The notes under the pieces were generated by a model. It was not told the DNA's origin. It searched no databases and saw only the letters and a list, made by a program, of their open reading frames with translations. 64,000 nucleotides of DNA from a virus (taxonomy: Duplodnaviria > Caudoviricetes). The stretch is taken from positions 3,818 through 67,817 of the IMG/VR virus record IMGVR_UViG_2788499822_000003. The stretch is one strand, 5' to 3'. The position numbers and the translations under genes are program-made. Positions 17,616-26,539 of this stretch are shown here, piece by piece (the stretch's first letter is position 1; each line of letters begins with the position of its first letter).

Positions 17616-19978
17616 GGGAAATCATCGTTGATAATTTTGCCGGTGGCGGTGGCGCATCGACGGGCATTGAAATGGCGACCGGCCGCAGTGTGGATATTGC
17701 GATTAACCACGACCAAAACGCGATCGATATGCATATGACAAACCACCCCGACACGTTGCATTACTGCGAAAACGTGTTTGACGTTAATCCCGTTGTTGCC
17801 TGCGGCGGCCGGCGGCCTGCCCTGGTCTGGTTCTCGCCTGATTGCCGCCATTTCAGTAAAGCCAAGGGCGCCATGCCTGTGAAAAAGGAAATTAGAGGGT
17901 TGGCCTGGGTCTCTATTCGCTGGGCACTTGATACCCGTTTTCGTGTTGGTGTACTCGAAAACGTTAAAGAATTCAGAACCTGGGGGCCACTTTTGACCAT
18001 GGCTGACGGCACACATAGACCAGACCCGGCCCGGGCGGGCGAAACGTTTGCCGCATTCGTGGCGATGCTGACTACCGGCATCGCGGCAGATCATCCGGCT
18101 CTGGACGAATGTTGTGAGGTTTTGGGTATCGCATCGGATAGCGACGACCGGCTCCGGCTCATTGCTGGCCTGGGTTATAACGTCGAATTTAGGGAATTAC
18201 GCGCCAGTAAACTGGGAACGCCGACAATTCGGGAAAGATTCTTCATGGTGATGCGCTGCGACGGTCGCCCGATTGCGTGGCCGAAACAAACGCATGGTGA
18301 CAGAAAATCGCCAGAAGTACGAAGCGGCAAATTAAAGCCCTTCCGTACCGCGGCGGAGATCATTGACTGGAATATCCCAAGCAAGAGCATATTCGAGCGC
18401 AAAAAATCTCTCGCCGACAATACCCTGCGTCGGGTTGCAAAAGGACTATGGCGCCATGTCCTGACCAATGCCGAACCGTTCATTGTCGGCGTGGGCGGAC
18501 GCATGGGTCAATCACCTGAACGAAGCGTACTGGAACCGATGCAGACCGTCACCAGTAAAGCGGATTCCTGCCTGGCGCAACCGGTGTTTGCTCCTTTCAC
18601 CGCGGGTGCTGGTGGGCCTGAATATAGTGGTAAACCGGCCGCAGTCGATCAGCCGTTCGGAACGCTTACCACCGAAAATCACCGGGCTGTTGTAGGGCCT
18701 GTGCTGGCGCCGTTTCTAAATGAACATGCCAATGCCAGTAATCAGCGAACTATGCCGGTTGACGAGCCCATGCGCACACTCTGTGCCCAGGTTAAAGGCG
18801 GGCATTTCTCAGTTGTCGCGCCATCGTTGGTTTCCCTTCACGGCACCAGTGATGCTCATTTGGTCGGCCACGATATAGATCAACCGCTCTCAACAATTAC
18901 CGCCGGTGGCGGACATCATGCTCTTGTTGGGGCCGAATTAGTGACAGCACACATCCAGCGTGACATGGGAAATAGCGTAGGGCATGGCGCCGATGAACCA
19001 TTGGCTACAATCACTGCGGGCGGCGGCGGAAAAGCTGCACTGGTTGGTGCCCACCTGATAACAATTGGCTATGGAGAACGCGAAGGCCAGCAGGCGCGTG
19101 CCCAGGACATCAATGCGCCGCTGGGGACGGTTGTTGCTGCGAACAAACATGCTCTGGTGGCCGCACATCTGGCCCACTTAACGCACCACGGCGACCGGCC
19201 CGGTACCACTCCGGCAGATCCGCTGCCAACGGTAACGGCTGCGCACCGAGGCGAACAGGCGCTGATATGCGCCAATCTGGTAGACATGGGGCACGGTGAG
19301 CAGTGCGGTACTGGCGCCAAGCGCTGGAGTGATGGCGCCCGCTCTCTGGATACGCCACTTAACACGGTAACCGCCAGTAGCGTGCCGAGCGCGTTAACAT
19401 CTGCATTTTTTGAACAGGCTAACGGCGGGTTTTACGATGGCGATGGCCACGCGGCCGACGCTCCGATGTCTACGATCACGTCGGCCGGTAGCAATCAACG
19501 GCTGGTAACAGCCTACGTTGTCAAATATTACAGTTGCGGAGGACAGTCTCAGGGCGTCGATGAACCAGTGCATACTCTCACGGCCAAAGCCCGGATGGGC
19601 CTAGTGCAAGTTATCAAAGTGCCGATCGATTGTTTGTCCCAAGAACATCGTGAAAAAGCGCGCCAATGCGCGCAGTTGCTACATAAATACCTGCCCGAGC
19701 ATTTCCCCGAACCGGCTGACATGGTTTTGATGAGCTATCGCGGCATCTGGTGGGCCCTAGTTGATATTACGCTGCGTATGCTGCAACCGCCTGAACTCTA
19801 CGGCGCCAATGGTTTCCCATCGTGGTACGTCATCGATATGGACTACAAGGGCAAGAAATATTCAAAAGAGCAGCAGGTGGCCCGCTGTGGCAACGCCGTA
19901 CCGCCGCAATTCGCCGAAGCCCTGGTGCGGGCCAATCTACCTGAGTTGTGTGTGGTGCGAGAAGAGGTGGCAGCATGA
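17612..19978 (+). CDS. C5-cytosine DNA methyltransferase with long repeated insertion
   Basis: FAGGGG (I), SPDC (IV), ENV (VI), RERF (VIII), GNAV (X); multiple PLxTIT repeats. Confidence 0.9.
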   Translation: MREIIVDNFAGGGGASTGIEMATGRSVDIAINHDQNAIDMHMTNHPDTLHYCENVFDVNPVVACGGRRPALVWFSPDCRHFSKAKGAMPVKKEIRGLAWVSIRWALDTRFRVGVLENVKEFRTWGPLLTMADGTHRPDPARAGETFAAFVAMLTTGIAADHPALDECCEVLGIASDSDDRLRLIAGLGYNVEFRELRASKLGTPTIRERFFMVMRCDGRPIAWPKQTHGDRKSPEVRSGKLKPFRTAAEIIDWNIPSKSIFERKKSLADNTLRRVAKGLWRHVLTNAEPFIVGVGGRMGQSPERSVLEPMQTVTSKADSCLAQPVFAPFTAGAGGPEYSGKPAAVDQPFGTLTTENHRAVVGPVLAPFLNEHANASNQRTMPVDEPMRTLCAQVKGGHFSVVAPSLVSLHGTSDAHLVGHDIDQPLSTITAGGGHHALVGAELVTAHIQRDMGNSVGHGADEPLATITAGGGGKAALVGAHLITIGYGEREGQQARAQDINAPLGTVVAANKHALVAAHLAHLTHHGDRPGTTPADPLPTVTAAHRGEQALICANLVDMGHGEQCGTGAKRWSDGARSLDTPLNTVTASSVPSALTSAFFEQANGGFYDGDGHAADAPMSTITSAGSNQRLVTAYVVKYYSCGGQSQGVDEPVHTLTAKARMGLVQVIKVPIDCLSQEHREKARQCAQLLHKYLPEHFPEPADMVLMSYRGIWWALVDITLRMLQPPELYGANGFPSWYVIDMDYKGKKYSKEQQVARCGNAVPPQFAEALVRANLPELCVVREEVAA

Positions 19979-20733
19979 TGATCCATTATCACGGTGGACC
20001 AATAACCCCTGATACATGTGCGATTAAAGCCTGGAGAGCGCGCCACGCTTTCATCTCATTCGTTAACGCTGGTCAACTCGGCCTAGCGGCTGAAATTTGT
20101 CAGTCATTTGCAATTGATAACGGCGCATTCAGCGCATGGAAACGGGCTGGAAAAAACAAAATAGAGTGGGCTGATTATTATGCGTTCGTTGAGCGCTGGA
20201 AAAACCATCCTGGTTTTGATTTTGCCATTATCCCTGACGTTATTGACGGCGGCGCTGTGGAGAATGATGCGCTGCTTGAAGAGTGGCCACACGGTAAATT
20301 TTTCGGCGTGCCTGTCTGGCATATGAATGAATCAGACGACCGTTTTATCCGGCTCTGCCATGAGTATCCGCGAGTGGCTATCGGGAGTTGCGGTGAATAT
20401 GATGTGCGCCGACCGATGCTGGCAGTCACACGAATGAAAGACATCATCCGACACATTGTAGATGTCCACGGCCAACCGATCACGAAGTTGCATGGACTCC
20501 GCATGCTAAACCCTGAGATTTTCACAAAATTGCCGCTGTCTTCAGCGGATAGCACAAACGTCGCGCAGAACATAGGGAAAGACTGCAATTGGAAGGGCAC
20601 CTACCAGCCACAATCGAAAGAAACCCGTGCCAGCATTCTGGTAGAGCGCATTGAGTCAGCGAACAGCACTGGCGCCTTGATTTACTGCGAGCAACGGGAT
20701 CGGTTTAGCATCCAGTTGCCGCTGGAGGTATGA
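19975..20733 (+). CDS. TGT/DpdA-like TIM-barrel protein, candidate base-exchange enzyme
   Basis: IDNGAFS, IPDVI, PVWH, KLHGL and SADST occur in the order of the conserved motifs of TGT/DpdA-like proteins. Confidence 0.55.
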   Translation: MMIHYHGGPITPDTCAIKAWRARHAFISFVNAGQLGLAAEICQSFAIDNGAFSAWKRAGKNKIEWADYYAFVERWKNHPGFDFAIIPDVIDGGAVENDALLEEWPHGKFFGVPVWHMNESDDRFIRLCHEYPRVAIGSCGEYDVRRPMLAVTRMKDIIRHIVDVHGQPITKLHGLRMLNPEIFTKLPLSSADSTNVAQNIGKDCNWKGTYQPQSKETRASILVERIESANSTGALIYCEQRDRFSIQLPLEV

Positions 20734-21209
20734 ACTTGAGTGACGAATCCGATTTGCCACCTGATGACAGTGATAATGTGCTGGTATTCACCAGGCGGTT
20801 TGACGCTAATGCTGACATTACAGAAATGCGAAATTTCGTGAAGGCACCGGACGCAAAAAGCAAAAATCGGTGGTGTACCCACGCCAAAATTTTGGTTGAT
20901 GATCATCTTCGCCAATTAACCTGCCGGCTATGCGGAAAAGTCATTGATCCATTTGACTGGATAAACTCTGTCACGGATGGAGAGACGAAAGTTGACTGGG
21001 AGCTGCAAACGTTACGCCGAGAGATTACCGATCACCGCAGCGGGTTGGAGAAGATTAAACGAGAAGAGCTTAACTGCAGGGAGAGGGTTAAAACCCTGCA
21101 GTTCAAACTCAGCGACCTTAACGCGGAAATCTATAAGGCCAATAAAGAATTGGCATTTTTGACTGAACGGATTGGACAAGTTAAGGCATTAAGGGGGAAA
21201 AACTCATGA
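20730..21209 (+). CDS. Hypothetical Zn-ribbon plus coiled-coil protein
   Basis: CTH...CRLC motif, C-terminal heptads. Confidence 0.6.
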   Translation: MNLSDESDLPPDDSDNVLVFTRRFDANADITEMRNFVKAPDAKSKNRWCTHAKILVDDHLRQLTCRLCGKVIDPFDWINSVTDGETKVDWELQTLRREITDHRSGLEKIKREELNCRERVKTLQFKLSDLNAEIYKANKELAFLTERIGQVKALRGKNS

Positions 21210-22216
21210 GGGCATTGTTAACCCCATTAATTCAACGTGAACTCAACTTAGTGCTATTTCGCCCGGGCACTGAACTGCTGCCGCTGTTTATGTCCGGCCG
21301 CGTGTTGATCAGTAACGAACCGAATTTTATGAAATCACTGCCCGCCGGCGCGCTGGTGGATGCGCAACAGACATTAGCCGAGGATCCGACATTGACCGGA
21401 TTTTTCACTGATGAGCGCGTCATTGCTGCTGCAGGTCAAGTAGATCGATTGGAGTCCTGGCTGCAGCAGCGTGATGCCGGGTGCCAGTGGCCAGATAAAG
21501 ATTTCCATATGACCGAAATGACGTCGCTGCGCTATGGTAAAGGTGCGGTCCGGCTATGTTGGCATCACGATCATAAATTTCGTGGTCTGGCGATGGACAG
21601 GTTGGGCGAGATTGCGCGACAGAATCTCGCAGAATGGATTCTTGATACCGTGCGCATCGCTTTCCAATTCCCCGAGCATCATCAAATTACCCTGCCGGAG
21701 CTCTGCTGGTGGGCTGCGCAGGAAGACCTGATCCAGGCTATTCCACAAGGCTCGGCCCGGCGGGTACTCAAATGGCGTCCACTGGAAACACCGTCCGGCG
21801 TCATGCACGAATCAGATATCGAGCCAATATATTCAGCCACGGATGTGCTTGTGGAGCAGGCTAAGCCTGTGCTCGCGCTGGCAATAGACCCTGAGCCGCC
21901 TGAGTCGTTCATGCTCCGGCCGAAACCGCGCCGTTGGGTGAATGAAAATTATACCCGGTGGGTAAAAACACAAATTTGCGCCGGGTGTGGAAACCAAGCC
22001 GATGATCCGCACCATATCACCGGTTACGGCCTTGGAGGAATGGGTACAAAACCACATGATTTTTTTGTTATACCGCTGTGCCGGCAATGCCACAACGAAT
22101 TACACAGAGATACCCATGCATTTGAGGAACGGCATGGTAGTCAGTTAGAAATGCTGGTGCGCACTCAGGACCGGGCCCTGTCGCTTGGTGTGATCAGTAC
22201 AGGCAAATTAAAATAA
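21206..22216 (+). CDS. DUF968 (YdfU-like) protein with C-terminal HNH-like Zn domain
   Basis: LCWHHD, TLPELCWWA, CAGC..DDPHH, PLCRQCH motifs; typical position before Q. Confidence 0.82.
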   Translation: MRALLTPLIQRELNLVLFRPGTELLPLFMSGRVLISNEPNFMKSLPAGALVDAQQTLAEDPTLTGFFTDERVIAAAGQVDRLESWLQQRDAGCQWPDKDFHMTEMTSLRYGKGAVRLCWHHDHKFRGLAMDRLGEIARQNLAEWILDTVRIAFQFPEHHQITLPELCWWAAQEDLIQAIPQGSARRVLKWRPLETPSGVMHESDIEPIYSATDVLVEQAKPVLALAIDPEPPESFMLRPKPRRWVNENYTRWVKTQICAGCGNQADDPHHITGYGLGGMGTKPHDFFVIPLCRQCHNELHRDTHAFEERHGSQLEMLVRTQDRALSLGVISTGKLK

Positions 22217-22226
22217 GGGGAAACCG

Positions 22227-22664
22227 ATGCGCGACATTCAAACGGTCCTGGAGTGGTGGGGAGGATGGGCAGCTCAAAATAATGATAGCGTCGATTATTC
22301 GCCTATAGCCGCCGGGTTTAAAGGGTTGCTGCCGGCAACAAAACGAAGCCGCCCCTCATGCAGTGATGATGATGGTCTAATAATGAATTCAGTCATGGTG
22401 AAACTAAAACAGAGCAATCCATATTTCCACCAACTTATCATCGCCTACTATGTTCTGCGGCTCCCGCTACGCACTTTGGGTAACAAACAGGGAATTTCAC
22501 ATAACCAAGTACTTAAGCGTTTGCAGTCTGCTGAGGGCTTTATTGACGGATGCCTAGCAATGGCTGAAATAACTTTGGAAATGGACAGGTATTGCCAAAA
22601 AGAAAATGTTTATGAGCCGGTAAAAAAACGTTGTGTAATTACAAAAAGCAATTTATTGTGTTAA
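22227..22664 (+). CDS. Q: Late antiterminator Q
   Basis: MRDIQTVLEWWGGWA...IAAGFKGLLP...CSDDDGL...AEGFIDGCL. Confidence 0.88.
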   Translation: MRDIQTVLEWWGGWAAQNNDSVDYSPIAAGFKGLLPATKRSRPSCSDDDGLIMNSVMVKLKQSNPYFHQLIIAYYVLRLPLRTLGNKQGISHNQVLKRLQSAEGFIDGCLAMAEITLEMDRYCQKENVYEPVKKRCVITKSNLLC

Positions 22665-22696
22665 GACTTAGTGCTTTGTCACATAGCTTATCATTG

Positions 22697-22726
22697 AAAC
22701 CCTGCCAAATTGGTGGGGTTTTGTTT
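22697..22726 (+). terminator. Intrinsic terminator after the late promoter region (tR'-like)
   Basis: AAACCCTGCC-AAATT-GGTGGGGTTT hairpin followed by a T-rich tail. Confidence 0.6.
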
Positions 22727-22763
22727 GTATATGCAAGTTGTTTTTTAGCATTAATAAGTGGTG

Positions 22764-22870
22764 CTATCCAGGTAAACGCGGCGGCGTCTGGAATAGTGAT
22801 CCCGCCGAGTTGGTCAAAGCACATGCCTGTGTGCCTACTCCAACCTCGTCGGCTGAGAGGTCGGCATTAA
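22764..22870 (-). ncRNA. Structured RNA immediately 3' of the DUF3800 gene
   Basis: Stems 22764-71/22788-96, 22804-13/22840-53, 22817-22/22831-36; possible pseudoknot 22779-84/22802-07; DUF3800 genes are known to associate with RNA motifs. Confidence 0.55.
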
Positions 22871-22874
22871 AGAA

Positions 22875-23675
22875 TCACTTTTTGTTTGGGGGTGGCAATT
22901 TATATTTTAAATTGACGGCCTTAGTTACAATTTCTCTTGGACCTTTAGTTGGGTCATAGAAATACCAGATGTTAAATTTTCTCTCACTATGCCAGGTATC
23001 GTGTTGTAAAGTCTTCCAGCCTAAATGTTCGGCAATCTTATCAGCTATGGCTTGTTTCGCTGGGGAAGCAACTTTTTGTTGGAAGGCGCTCATTACGGCA
23101 CCCAGAAAAAAATCAGCAATCTGAATATTTTCCGAATTTTTCGAATCTTTCGTTACAACTGATTGAATAAGCTCATTTTTACCTGTTTTCAGTTGAAGCA
23201 TATTATTTGCTATTACGTGAAATGCTTCATCTGCCTTGTCATAACGGGATGCGATAGGATCGACTTCTACTCGGAATTCACAGTCTCTTCCGGGATGGGC
23301 TTTCATTACACTTAGAACTTTATTTGCTATCAAATGAGTAAAATGTTTTCTCATTGCAAGGTCATAATCTCCCCCATGCAATTCTTTGTTAACATGAGCT
23401 TTTTGAATTACGATGCAATGAAAAGCAAGCCATTGATGCTTGAAAAAAAGTTCAACTAGGTCAGAGTAAAAATTCGCATAACGTTTAGAATTAGTCTTTT
23501 GCCACTTTATTTCATCGGTACAACCATGTTTTTCTCTGAGATCTCTTATAATCCTTACGAAGTCACCGCGACGTTGATACTTCATCCATAGGCTACCGAA
23601 ACCATAGAACCTTTGCCCATCAGTACCAGACTCATCGCAAGCGACATGCCACCTAAGCTTCCCAGGGTTGTCCAT
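22875..23675 (-). CDS. DUF3800 family (RNase H-like fold) protein
   Basis: N-terminal ACDESG and C-terminal IQIADFFLG motifs; start moved to MDNPG; AT-rich moron opposite to late transcription. Confidence 0.8.
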   Translation of the reverse strand: MDNPGKLRWHVACDESGTDGQRFYGFGSLWMKYQRRGDFVRIIRDLREKHGCTDEIKWQKTNSKRYANFYSDLVELFFKHQWLAFHCIVIQKAHVNKELHGGDYDLAMRKHFTHLIANKVLSVMKAHPGRDCEFRVEVDPIASRYDKADEAFHVIANNMLQLKTGKNELIQSVVTKDSKNSENIQIADFFLGAVMSAFQQKVASPAKQAIADKIAEHLGWKTLQHDTWHSERKFNIWYFYDPTKGPREIVTKAVNLKYKLPPPNKK

Positions 23676-23882
23676 CTCACACCTTCGCTTTAGGAAAAGA
23701 TATTTCATAATATTTAACGAAATCTTATAAGTCATTGAAATTGATCAAAATAGGAATTTGTTGACGCAAAATATGAATTAAATATCGTATAATCATATTG
23801 TTACGTTAGTAATTCGACATTGTTAAGCATCCATGTCGTAGAGGTGTCTGAATTTAATTAACTTCAATTTCTCTCCGAAATG

Positions 23883-23909
23883 AGGCTGCCGAATCTGGTG
23901 GCCTTTTTT
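23883..23909 (+). terminator. Intrinsic terminator
   Basis: AGGCTGCC-GAATCT-GGTGGCCT plus T run. Confidence 0.65.
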
Positions 23910-23938
23910 ATTACTGCGCCACGCTCGGCGTATTTCAA

Positions 23939-24038
23939 CCACAGAGCCTTTCAGGGGTGAGCCATAGGGACAGTCAGTGTGACTTCTCTGTGGGCTGACC
24001 GCTCCTGAGCGCTGGCTCACCACCTGAAGGAAAGTCAC
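23939..24038 (+). promoter_or_regulatory. Structured 5' leader occluding the RBS of the TAXI gene
   Basis: GGTGAGCC/GGCTCACC and CCT(T)TCAGG/CCTGAAGG pair over AAGGAAAG; alternative pairs CCACAGAG/CTCTGTGG and GTGACTT/AAGTCAC. Confidence 0.55.
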
Positions 24039-24884
24039 ATGTTGAAGAACGTCCTGGCCGCCTGCATGGCGGCTTTTGTGTTTCTGAGTGCCAGTGCTTC
24101 GGCAACAGAGGTCGTTATTACCACCGGCCAGCAAGGTCTGACATATAACTCGGTGTACGGAGTAAACCTCGCCAGCGCATTGGCTGAATATGGTTATCAG
24201 ACGACGGTTATTCCCAGCAAGGGATCGCTGGACAACCTGGACAAGGTCGCGGCTAACGCGGCACAAATCGGCTTTACCCAAGCAGATGCCTATCAGTACT
24301 GGCGCCAGCACCACAGCAACGAAGCGCAGAAGGTAGACATCATTGGGGAACTGGCCGATGAATGCGTGTTTGTCGCCGTCAAAAAGGACAGCAAGATCAG
24401 TGATGAAAGCGATCTGAAGGAAGGGGTAAAAATCGCAGTTGGCGACCCGACCAGCGGATCCTATGCATCCTGGCAGTATCTGCAAAGCCTCGAAAAAGAC
24501 TATGCGAAGGCGGAAACCTACGCAAAAGGCGGTGTCCGGGCGTTGGCGAAGGTCACCACCGGTGAATATGACGCATTTTTGTGGGTATCAGCCCCTGACC
24601 GTTCTAATAAATTCTTGGACGCAGTTAATCAAGAAGGCAGCGGTTTAGCCGTTATCAATATGAATGGCTGGCATGTTGACGACAAGTTGCCGAACGGTAA
24701 GCCGGTCTATGAATTGAAAAAGGCGGTAACGGCTTCGGGCTGGCTCAGCGATTCAAAGGTCAAAGTACCCTGCACCAAAACGCTGGTGGTGGCCAACACC
24801 GACGCCGGCGACGATATGCTGGAAAACGCCTCTACGGTCTTACTTAAAAACCTCAGCCGCGTTCTTGGTAACAGCGGCAAATAA
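24039..24884 (+). CDS. TAXI-family TRAP solute-binding protein (exported)
   Basis: Signal peptide; TTG..G.TY, SKGSLDNL, IGFTQADA, KIAVG...SGS motifs. Confidence 0.8.
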   Translation: MLKNVLAACMAAFVFLSASASATEVVITTGQQGLTYNSVYGVNLASALAEYGYQTTVIPSKGSLDNLDKVAANAAQIGFTQADAYQYWRQHHSNEAQKVDIIGELADECVFVAVKKDSKISDESDLKEGVKIAVGDPTSGSYASWQYLQSLEKDYAKAETYAKGGVRALAKVTTGEYDAFLWVSAPDRSNKFLDAVNQEGSGLAVINMNGWHVDDKLPNGKPVYELKKAVTASGWLSDSKVKVPCTKTLVVANTDAGDDMLENASTVLLKNLSRVLGNSGK

Positions 24885-24888
24885 CGCC

Positions 24889-25044
24889 ATGAAACTGCGA
24901 ATCATGGCCTTGCCGCTTATCATCGGCACGCTGGCGGTCATCGCTCGTTTGTTTGGTGCATTAATAGATGCCCTGATGTTTATAGCGCTGGTGGCGTTGT
25001 TTATCACCTGGCGGATCAGAGTGTTTTTCCAGTCCCGTCGATAG
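24889..25044 (+). CDS. Small hydrophobic membrane protein (51 aa)
   Basis: Manual translation MKLRIMALPLIIGTLAVIARLFGALIDALMFIALVALFITWRIRVFFQSRR, 4 nt after the TAXI stop. Confidence 0.55.
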   Translation: MKLRIMALPLIIGTLAVIARLFGALIDALMFIALVALFITWRIRVFFQSRR

Positions 25045-25168
25045 TGCTTTGCAAAAGGCGCCACTGACGCCTTTGACATAGCACCATTTTCAGCCTGCCG
25101 TGGATTTCCCCATCATCCTAAGGGTGGCGGCAGGCCCTTTTTATTCACATACATACCGGAGTATCCGG

Positions 25169-25597
25169 ATGAATAACGAGCCTGCTATGGACTGGAACAC
25201 CCTGGTGTCAACAGTATTCTCAAAGGAAACAGCGATAGGCGGGGTTATCTCCGGTTTGTTTGGCATAGGCGGTTATGCCGCTATCGGTCGTCGATTCTGG
25301 TCAAATAACAGCGCTCAGATAGCCAATAACAACAAGTGGTCGGACACCCTGGATAAACAGGCGAATTATATCGACCGGTTAGAAAAAGCGCTGGAAGCTC
25401 GGGATGCAGAGATTGAGAAAAAGGATGAACTAATCCGCAGATATTATGAAGATTTGGCCGCAACAAAGGCCGAGTTGTTGGTAATTCAGGCTTCCCAGAA
25501 ATACCTCACGCAAAAAGTTGATGAACTTACCAGCATCAATCAAACGATGGCAGATGAGCTATCCCGTTTACGTTCAGAGTTGGGGAGGCAGACGTGA
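25169..25597 (+). CDS. Membrane-anchored coiled-coil protein of the lysis cassette (holin/antiholin candidate)
   Basis: GGAG RBS, one Gly-rich TM segment followed by a long coiled coil. Confidence 0.55.
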   Translation: MNNEPAMDWNTLVSTVFSKETAIGGVISGLFGIGGYAAIGRRFWSNNSAQIANNNKWSDTLDKQANYIDRLEKALEARDAEIEKKDELIRRYYEDLAATKAELLVIQASQKYLTQKVDELTSINQTMADELSRLRSELGRQT

Positions 25598-25842
25598 TCC
25601 ACCTCGAATCTAAAGACAGCGAAATTACTGCTACCTGGCGAATATTAATTGTGCTCGCATGCATTGCATTTGGCATTTACCTAGGAGGTGCTATCTCGGG
25701 TTATTACATAGCTCAAGCCCAATATTCACAGCGAGCTGCAGCACGGGATAAAACGGTAGGGGAAATAAAGCAGCAGGTTGCCCAACTTCCGAATAAGACC
25801 GCTGACGCGGTGAAGCAAGCAGTACAGGACGATAGCAAATGA
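25594..25842 (+). CDS. Single-TM lysis-cassette protein
   Basis: TM helix ILIVLACIAFGIYLGGAISGYYI; overlaps the endolysin start. Confidence 0.55.
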   Translation: MIHLESKDSEITATWRILIVLACIAFGIYLGGAISGYYIAQAQYSQRAAARDKTVGEIKQQVAQLPNKTADAVKQAVQDDSK

Positions 25843-26312
25843 GCCAAATAGCAAAAATGCTTCGCGCAGATGAAGGCTTCAGCAGCAAACCTTTTATCGA
25901 CACTCAGGGTTATCCCACCATCGGCACTGGACAGCGTATCGGTCCAAAAGGCGCTGCTATCCAAAATTATACTTTCACTATTTCTCAGGATATTTCGGAC
26001 GCCTGGATGCAGGTTATTGCTGAAAGCTATCGTCCAGAATTGTCAGCGCACAAAACTATTGGCCCAGCATGGATTGCCTGCGATGAGGTAAGAAAGGATG
26101 TCCTGTTGAATATGGCCTACCAGATGGGCAGTTCAGGACTCGCTGCTTTCAGCGCGACACTTTCCTTAATCGCCGCCGGGAAATTCAGGCAGGCCAGCAT
26201 AGAAATGCTCGATAGTGCTTGGTATAGACAGACCCCCCAACGCGCCGCCCGCCTTGCAAATCTCATGTCGAACGGCGATTACAACGCATACAAAGCGTGG
26301 TTCACGGTATGA
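25839..26312 (+). CDS. Endolysin, T4-lysozyme-like (GH24)
   Basis: DEG...DTQGYPTIGTG catalytic E-D-T pattern; MAYQMG, MLDSAWYRQTPQRA. Confidence 0.9.
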   Translation: MSQIAKMLRADEGFSSKPFIDTQGYPTIGTGQRIGPKGAAIQNYTFTISQDISDAWMQVIAESYRPELSAHKTIGPAWIACDEVRKDVLLNMAYQMGSSGLAAFSATLSLIAAGKFRQASIEMLDSAWYRQTPQRAARLANLMSNGDYNAYKAWFTV

Positions 26313-26539
26313 CTCTTATCGATAACTGGAAACAATGCTGGCGCTGGTATTCGATACACGCGCTGGTTATATCGGCCGCCATACCGCCGGCGTGGGATTA
26401 TGCAAAACACACAATTGGCATAGCCAGCCCGAATTGGATTGAATGGGGAGTTGCAGCAGCCGTGGCTATTAGCGGGGTCGTCGGCCGCCTAATCAAACAG
26501 GACAACACAAATGTGGTCAGCAATAGTGACGTTCATTAG
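26309..26539 (+). CDS. Putative holin (2 TM)
   Basis: MTLIDNWKQCWRWYS start typical of small phage holin-like proteins; two hydrophobic segments. Confidence 0.6.
   Translation: MTLIDNWKQCWRWYSIHALVISAAIPPAWDYAKHTIGIASPNWIEWGVAAAVAISGVVGRLIKQDNTNVVSNSDVH

Noticed and set aside
15694-19978. Complete restriction-modification system
   Set aside because: No endonuclease or specificity subunit is recognisable next to the methyltransferases.
23823-24485. 220-aa minus-strand ORF
   Set aside because: Antisense shadow of the TAXI gene and its leader.
25100-25168. Upstream extensions in the ORF track (also at 12475, 26786, 32867, 34806, 35383, 35862)
   Set aside because: Downstream ATGs have clear RBSs and match family N-termini, so the extensions run through terminators or neighbouring genes.
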